A DNA stretch of 64,000 bases from Nitrospiraceae bacterium. GTDB taxonomy: Bacteria > Nitrospirota > Nitrospiria > Nitrospirales > Nitrospiraceae. Below, piece by piece: positions 58,467 through 64,000 of the stretch. The stretch lies in assembly GCA_037442105.1 (NCBI GenBank), contig JBBIQV010000009.1:1-64000 (forward strand). The letters run 5' to 3'. Every line of letters begins with the position of its first letter. Within the stretch, counting starts at the first letter, position 1. The notes under the pieces are model-generated. The model was not told where the DNA came from and searched no databases. It worked only from the letters and a program-made list of their open reading frames with translations. Both the position numbers and the translations under genes were made by a program.

Positions 58467-58735
58467 GTTTCACAGCCAAGCAATCCCTGTGCTCCCGGAA
58501 CGCGCACGATGAAGCAGTGCTCGTTCGACGGCCGCAATGGGGATTGCTTTGGCTGCGAAACCTAAAGAGTGGTGAAGAGATAAAGCGAGAACCAATCGTG
58601 GGCTAGCTTTGTGATCTCGCACGCCTCATGCTCAGAAGGATGCGGGGTGGACAGGCGCAGTGGAAGTGAGCCTATCGCGCTTCACCATGGGAGGAGGCCA
58701 AGAAAGGAAGATCGCTCGTTCGACGCACGCTACCA
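58467..58735 (+). repeat. Second cluster of structured hairpin elements (two full copies, one half copy)
   Basis: GTTTCACAGCCAAGCAATCCC...GGGATTGCTTTGGCTGCGAAAC hairpin at 58467-58561. The segment 58570-58730 is homologous to 49797-49940. Confidence 0.8.
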
Positions 58736-58774
58736 CGATCATTTCGACCGCAATGGTTTGGTGGATGAAATGGG

Positions 58775-59245
58775 CTATTCCCCAGGGAACGTGTTGTATA
58801 CGCGTCTCGAAAGCGAAAAATAAGCCCACCAGACTCCCGAAAAGATGCCACTATTGAACACCTCAAGTATGGCCTGTGTCATTAAACTCTTCTGAAAATC
58901 ACGAAGAGGAAGAGCAGCGTCACTAATTGTCCACAAAAGCGCTGCTGCTGGAAGCGACCTCGCTACGTTCGCCAGCAACAAATTCCTAACGATTCTGATG
59001 GTTTTTGGCTTAGCCTGATACACGCGTATTCCCACCCATATCCCGAATACCACCAACGACAAGCTTCCGACACAATTGACTAACAGGTAAGAATAAAACG
59101 ATGGAAATCGTTCGCGCAGTACGCTCAGAGCTGCCACGGTTTCTACCTCACTGAAAAGGCCGACCCAACTGACCAGAGTGAGGACAGGACCAATTACAAC
59201 CAGGATGAACGCAAAGACCGCTAGCCATCCACCACACCCCCGCAA
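58775..59245 (-). CDS. DUF2569-like membrane protein
   Basis: GGWL N-terminus, 4 TM helices and C-terminal YFSLSRRVYNTF. More AT-rich than its neighbours. Confidence 0.65.
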   Translation of the reverse strand: MRGCGGWLAVFAFILVVIGPVLTLVSWVGLFSEVETVAALSVLRERFPSFYSYLLVNCVGSLSLVVFGIWVGIRVYQAKPKTIRIVRNLLLANVARSLPAAALLWTISDAALPLRDFQKSLMTQAILEVFNSGIFSGVWWAYFSLSRRVYNTFPGE

Positions 59246-59504
59246 GGGAGAGCTTATCGTATTCTTTGGATTCGTGACCGAACCATCGTTCGGTGCTGTT
59301 CTCTCAATCTGCGGTTCAAATGCAGGGCTCTGGTGCTCGGGGGGGGGGCATACGGACCCCCTATTTTCTGATATGTTAGGATGTGCTCACAGGTTCGTCT
59401 CGAAAGTCTTGTCGAGCGGGTTGAGCATTGAACAGTTTCTCCTTCGATTCCGCGGGCATCCCATGGCCGAGACGCTGTCTTCACGGTTCAGGAATGTCTC
59501 GCCC

Positions 59505-59912
59505 TCACGGCCAACAATCCTTCGGCAAACGAGCCAGCAGGGCGTCGTACACCGCACGTGCTATCGTCAGGGCTTGACGTGCCTCCTCGACCGTGGGTAC
59601 TGCGCTGTCTCCGGGATAGCGGAACTCCCATGCAAAGATGGTCAAATCCTTCGCTGGTGTGAGCGTCGCGGTAAGGCCAGCATCGATGGCTTCGCACGCT
59701 CTGCCCAATTCGTCCAGGTCGTGAGTCTTGCGATAGATGCGGTCATGGGCGGTGAGAAAGCCTTTCATCGCTTTCTCAGTAGCTTGCTGGCAGTGGAAGA
59801 GCGCGTCTTCAATCAGGGGTGGACAAGCTGCGAGGTCTATTTCGGCTCCTCGCAGGTCGTTCGCCGCCTTACGAAACTATGCCTGGATCTCAGCGATCTT
59901 TTCAGGCCGCAT
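59505..59912 (-). pseudogene. HEPN-domain gene with a premature stop
   Basis: MRPEKIAEIQA*FRKAANDL...FHCQQATEKAMKG..KTHDL..FRYPG. The TAG at 59877-59879 sits where Trp (TGG) is expected. Confidence 0.85.
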
Positions 59913-60246
59913 ATAACAGCCTGCCCTCGCGTTCGATTGTAGCGGGGAGTGAACAAAGAACCGTCCGGCCTCGGTCGAACTCCTCGCGCGTGAGGACAAG
60001 GATGTCCTTCGAGACCCCCACGCCCGTCACCGCATGGAACGCGGCTTGGTCCCGCCGGTACCTTGGCAGCGGCGAGGCTTTGACGACCATCAAGATATCG
60101 TAGTCGCTGTCAGGGCCTGCTTCCCCGCGCGCCTGCGAGCCAAACAGGTAGATTCGTTCAGGTTGGAAGGTTTGCACCAACCTCTGGACGATCTCGGCCA
60201 GGAATGGATTGGTGCGAAGCAACTCCTTGCTCGTGGCGATCATCAT
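59902..60246 (-). CDS. Minimal nucleotidyltransferase (MNT)
   Basis: LFGSQARGEAGPDSDYDIL. Overlaps the HEPN start. Confidence 0.9.
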   Translation of the reverse strand: MMIATSKELLRTNPFLAEIVQRLVQTFQPERIYLFGSQARGEAGPDSDYDILMVVKASPLPRYRRDQAAFHAVTGVGVSKDILVLTREEFDRGRTVLCSLPATIEREGRLLYAA

Positions 60247-60308
60247 TCTTTATGTGCAAGGTGGCTGGGATTATTCAAGCGAAAAAGTGACAGCAACGCT
60301 CAGCGATG

Positions 60309-60752
60309 TCAAGAACGGTCCGGCCGTATCTCTGGATCGGAAACGGATGCCGGAGCGAGCGGTTGCTGCGCCTTATGTTTCAGCGCCCGCCCCTTCTCCG
60401 GTGTCGGATCGGTGATCACGCCATAGATCTCTCGCCCTTCGTGACCTTCCGGCAGATACTCCGTGATCGGCATCCCGTCTTCCCGCACAAACAAGAGGCA
60501 ATGGCAGTATTTGTAGATTTGCATTTCATCACAGGCGCACATCCAGCGACGGAGCTTCGCCTCGGCCTGTTTGTCCTGATAGAAGTTGCAGGGGCAGAGC
60601 GGCTTGCCCAGCTCGTCCACATTGGCTGCGAGGCCTTTGACCACTGCTTCGGTCACGGCCGGGTTGGGGTGAAACGCAGTCCCGCTCTTTGCGGCAAACC
60701 CCTTCGCATACTTCCACATCTTATCGAGGCTCTCTTTGCTGGGCTCGGCCAT
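60309..60752 (-). CDS. Ferredoxin:thioredoxin reductase catalytic (beta) subunit-like protein
   Basis: CPC...CAC...CHC motifs (canonical CPC/CPC/CHC). AGGAG RBS before MAEPS. Confidence 0.85.
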   Translation of the reverse strand: MAEPSKESLDKMWKYAKGFAAKSGTAFHPNPAVTEAVVKGLAANVDELGKPLCPCNFYQDKQAEAKLRRWMCACDEMQIYKYCHCLLFVREDGMPITEYLPEGHEGREIYGVITDPTPEKGRALKHKAQQPLAPASVSDPEIRPDRS

Positions 60753-60873
60753 CTCGATCTCCTTGGCTACGGTTCCTATTGCCGCTCGCGGCTCGCCCGC
60801 ACCGCAGATACGTAGTTTACAAGCGTCCGCTGGTTCTTTACAATTCAGCGATTCTGTGGGGATTTGGGAGTCT

Positions 60874-63800
60874 ATGGTGCACGAGAAGGCTTCTGCGCAA
60901 CTCATCTCCCGGCTCGAACCAGTACTTGGTCAGATGTCCGCAACCAGCTTGGTGGACAATCTGGTCAGGACTGCCGTGCGGTCCGATCAGGTGAAAGCGG
61001 TGCGGAGTTTGCTCGCTGAGCTGGAAGAAGTGTCGGCCAGGGCGGCCTGTGCTGCGATCGAAGCATTGCCGGAGCTACAACGCCGAGGCGAGCTGGTCGA
61101 TGTCGTCCCGTGGCTCGATCTTGGTCTGACTATTACCGGATCCTCGGGGGCTACGGCACTCAAGTATTTCAAAGAAAGCCCGCTTCTCATCAGCTTGATC
61201 GAACCGCCAGCCGCCCGGCACTCCGTGCTGGCGCTGAGCCTGGAGCTGGCCGAGAGCGAGGCTACCGTCGCGTTGGAATTCCTGCGGGCAGTGCCGGAAA
61301 TTCTTCACGTACTCGCTCCAGACCAACTGAAACCATGGACCGTCCTCGGCATCGAGTTGGCGCAAGTGGATTTCGTACTGGGAGTCGAGTTCATCCGTCA
61401 GATGGGCTCCATCGCCAGGGTGCTTCCGGTCGACCGAGTCCGTGCCTGGGTGGGGTTCGGCGCAAAGCTGGTCACGCAGAACAGCTTGGGCAAGATGGAT
61501 TATCTCGGCACGTTGGAATTCTTCCGGACCAGCCCGGCGATTCTCGGTGATATCGAGGAGGTGCGGGTCCGCACGGTTCTCGTCGAATTTGGGTCGCTGG
61601 TGGCGGACCGATCGATTGAGGCGGCGATTGCCTGCCTGGCCGAGTCGCCGTCGTTGCTCCGCCGTCTGCCGTCTGAAGAGTGGCGGTTGCGCGTGCTGCG
61701 CTATGGCACCCTCATTGCCGAACGAGATGCGGAGGCGACATTGGCTTATCTCCGGCGTAGTCCGGAGATCCTGGCATTGATCGGTCTATCGGAAGAGGCC
61801 ATCGCTCGGTTCGATGAGTGGTTCAAGGCGGGGATGGAGATCCTTGGCTACAGTGTCGAGGGGGCGAAGGCCTACTTTGCGATTGAGACGGAGAAGGCCG
61901 TCGCGTCCGTCGAACAGGCGCTGAGCGGCGTACCACTCCGCCGGATCGCGCGCTCAGTCAAGCTCTTTGCACAGGGAATGTGCGGAACGGACGTGGCGAT
62001 CCAATCTTTGCCGGACGCGTTGGAAGCGGGGGCTCAGCCGGTTCGCGCAACCGTCAGCCCCGATGGGCGTAGCATTTCCCTGCCGGTGATCCTGCGCCGC
62101 TATCCGACCTATGAGGAGAATCTCCGCCTCTATCTGGTGATGACCGCGCACGAAGCGGGACACTTGGAATTCGGTACCTATACGCTACCGGTAGGACGAC
62201 TGAATGATGTCGTCGAGGACCTTCGCGCGCGTTATGGCCGGCCGGCGGAGAAGGCCGTTGAAACATTGGCGGATGTCTTTGCTCTATATCCCAAGCCGGC
62301 GCTCATGCGGGACTTGTGGACGATTCTAGAAGACGCGCGTGTGGAGTACCTGTTGCGGCGAGAGTATCCAGGTTTGAGTCGTGATCTCGCTGTCTTGGCC
62401 CAGGAGGCAGTGAGCGTCAGAACCGTCGCGCATGGGTTGACGGTGCGCGAGATGGTGGTGGATACGCTCCTGCTTCTCACCACGACGGAACGGAGTGCCT
62501 TCGCCATTCCGGACGCTATTGCCGAAATCGTGGAGCGACTTTGGCCGATGGCCAAGACGATGTTGACCTCCGAGGCGACCGCTGAGGAGGCGGTTCGTGT
62601 GGCCCATTGCATCTATATCGAGATGGATAAACTGCTGGCGGCCAAGCTCGATGAGGTGGCGGACGAATCCGGCCGGTCTGACCGGACCAACCAGGCAATG
62701 GGTCCGCGTGCATCTGATGACACGACAAGCGGTTACCGACCGGTGGCCAACTGGAGCTATCGCGGGGCGATGAATCCGGACATGGTCTGGGAACAGGCTG
62801 ATTCGCCCGAACGACGGGATGTGGCTCCTGATACCGGTGAGGAAGACCTCGGTTCAGGACTCGCAGGTACGTCCGGCTCCGGAGCGTCTCGAGGAGGCAC
62901 TGCACGATCGCACCAGGCCGGTTCAGACGAGGTGGCGCTGGGGTGGACGATGCCGCCGCTCGTGGAAGAAGTGCTGGCGCTCGAAAGTGAGCAGCCGTTC
63001 GCGCCTCGGGTGTCGGCGGAGGGTCCGGTTGTCGTTCGGTATCCGGAATGGGATGCGGCGATCCAGGACTATCGCGCGACTTGGTGCCAAGTCGTGGAGC
63101 AGCCGGCGAGTGAAGGCTCCCCTGATGTCGTCGAGGCGACGCTGGCCTCCCAGAGCGGAGCGGTCAAACTCCTGCGGCGATACTTTGAGAGCCTGCGTCC
63201 GCCCGGATTCCGCCGCGTGCCCGGACAGGCGGATGGGGAAGAATTGGATCTGGATGCCGCGATTCGACGTCAGGCGGACCTGGTGGCCGGCGTGGAACCC
63301 TCCGAGCGCACGTATGTGAAGCGGGAAAAGCGGCAACGGGAGGTGGCCGCAGCCTTTCTCATCGACATGAGCGGGTCCACCAGCCGTCAGATCGAAAGCG
63401 GGCGCCGCGTGATCGATGTCGAAAGAGAAGGGCTGGTTTTGCTCTGTGAAGCACTCGAAGCGGTGGGCGATCAGTACGCCGTCTATGGCTATTCCGGCCA
63501 GGGACGGCACCGCGTGGATTTTTTCGTCGTGAAGGACTTTGACGATCGCATCGGAGGCCGTACCGCGCATCGCCTGGGCGGGATCGTGCCGCTCCGGCAG
63601 AATCGGGATGGGGCTGCCATCCGCCATGCGACGCGTAAGCTTCTTGCACGGCAGGCGAAGACCAGGCTGCTGGTGCTGATGAGCGACGGAAAGCCGCTCG
63701 ATGAAGCCTACAAGGACGAGTACGCGCTGGAAGATACGAAAATGGCCTTGCGGGAAGCGCGGATGCAAGGGATCGATCCGTTTTGCATCACGATCGATCG

Positions 63801-63915
63801 GGAGGCCGATGGCTATCTGCGGCGGATGTATGGGGACGTGCGGTTCCTCGTGATCGATCACATCGAGCAGTTGCCGGAACGGTTACCGCGCTTGTATCAA
63901 CGCCTCACGATGTGA
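60874..63915 (+). CDS. Large NorD/CbbO-like VWA protein with a helical N-terminal extension and an HExxH motif
   Basis: HEAGH, LEDARVE, YPEWD, DMSGST MIDAS, NRDGAAIRHA and SDGKP. Confidence 0.88.
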   Translation: MVHEKASAQLISRLEPVLGQMSATSLVDNLVRTAVRSDQVKAVRSLLAELEEVSARAACAAIEALPELQRRGELVDVVPWLDLGLTITGSSGATALKYFKESPLLISLIEPPAARHSVLALSLELAESEATVALEFLRAVPEILHVLAPDQLKPWTVLGIELAQVDFVLGVEFIRQMGSIARVLPVDRVRAWVGFGAKLVTQNSLGKMDYLGTLEFFRTSPAILGDIEEVRVRTVLVEFGSLVADRSIEAAIACLAESPSLLRRLPSEEWRLRVLRYGTLIAERDAEATLAYLRRSPEILALIGLSEEAIARFDEWFKAGMEILGYSVEGAKAYFAIETEKAVASVEQALSGVPLRRIARSVKLFAQGMCGTDVAIQSLPDALEAGAQPVRATVSPDGRSISLPVILRRYPTYEENLRLYLVMTAHEAGHLEFGTYTLPVGRLNDVVEDLRARYGRPAEKAVETLADVFALYPKPALMRDLWTILEDARVEYLLRREYPGLSRDLAVLAQEAVSVRTVAHGLTVREMVVDTLLLLTTTERSAFAIPDAIAEIVERLWPMAKTMLTSEATAEEAVRVAHCIYIEMDKLLAAKLDEVADESGRSDRTNQAMGPRASDDTTSGYRPVANWSYRGAMNPDMVWEQADSPERRDVAPDTGEEDLGSGLAGTSGSGASRGGTARSHQAGSDEVALGWTMPPLVEEVLALESEQPFAPRVSAEGPVVVRYPEWDAAIQDYRATWCQVVEQPASEGSPDVVEATLASQSGAVKLLRRYFESLRPPGFRRVPGQADGEELDLDAAIRRQADLVAGVEPSERTYVKREKRQREVAAAFLIDMSGSTSRQIESGRRVIDVEREGLVLLCEALEAVGDQYAVYGYSGQGRHRVDFFVVKDFDDRIGGRTAHRLGGIVPLRQNRDGAAIRHATRKLLARQAKTRLLVLMSDGKPLDEAYKDEYALEDTKMALREARMQGIDPFCITIDREADGYLRRMYGDVRFLVIDHIEQLPERLPRLYQRLTM

Positions 63916-63921
63916 GGCGGG

Positions 63922-63982
63922 CAATGTAGAATGAAAAATTCAAAATGAAGCATTTGCACTTTGCATTTTACATTTTGCATTG
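63922..63982. repeat. Inverted A/T-rich 7-mer array
   Basis: aatgtag aatgaaa aattcaa aatgaag ... tttgcac tttgcat tttacat tttgcat. Confidence 0.8.
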
Positions 63983-64000
63983 GCGGTAGAGTGTGCCTGA

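Noticed and set aside
48880..58735. Hairpin elements as integron attC sites or CRISPR repeats
   Set aside because: No RYYYAAC/GTTRRRY boxes, no integrase, no regular repeat-spacer period and no cas genes.
59254..59484. 76-aa ORF between the DUF2569-like gene and HEPN-2
   Set aside because: No motif or convincing RBS. It may be a decayed fragment but cannot be supported.
59877..59879. In-frame TAG as pyrrolysine or programmed readthrough
   Set aside because: No pyl genes are in the window and the position matches an expected Trp, so a TGG-to-TAG mutation is the simpler explanation.

Overview
GC-rich bacterial chromosome segment whose gene content points to a Nitrospira-like nitrite oxidiser (inference from gene content; no database was searched). 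From left to right it holds: (1) a hicB fragment; (2) a MEP/hopanoid lipid region (ispH, smc, shc, hpnG-like, mlaEFDC, two outer-membrane barrels, dxs, ispG, tRNA-Cys, hpnH); (3) an ~12 kb respiratory operon with two CydA-like subunits, a Rieske protein and cytochrome b, five c-type cytochromes and an EbdC/NxrC-like heme-b protein; (4) ubiA, a catalytically degenerate caspase-like lipoprotein, tRNA-Thr and an OmpA protein; (5) a minus-strand operon (ATP-grasp-like ligase, glutaredoxin, lysine 2,3-aminomutase, dCTP deaminase, TIGR04283/04282-like transferases, SDR); (6) a GGDEF cyclase, a YkgJ-DUF2156 fusion, a hybrid kinase and cbbQ/norQ; (7) an accessory stretch (AIR-synthase-like gene, ArsR-MMPL-LolA-like-barrel-methyltransferase cassette, three toxin-antitoxin-like pairs with both HEPN genes broken); (8) a ferredoxin:thioredoxin reductase subunit and a large NorD/CbbO-like VWA protein. 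The most unusual non-coding signals are a family of structured ~90-100 nt hairpins with a conserved core and variable outer stems, clustered on both sides of the accessory stretch, and pervasive inverted 7-bp tandem arrays, several translated in frame inside genes. No CRISPR array, rRNA, integrase or transposase was seen.
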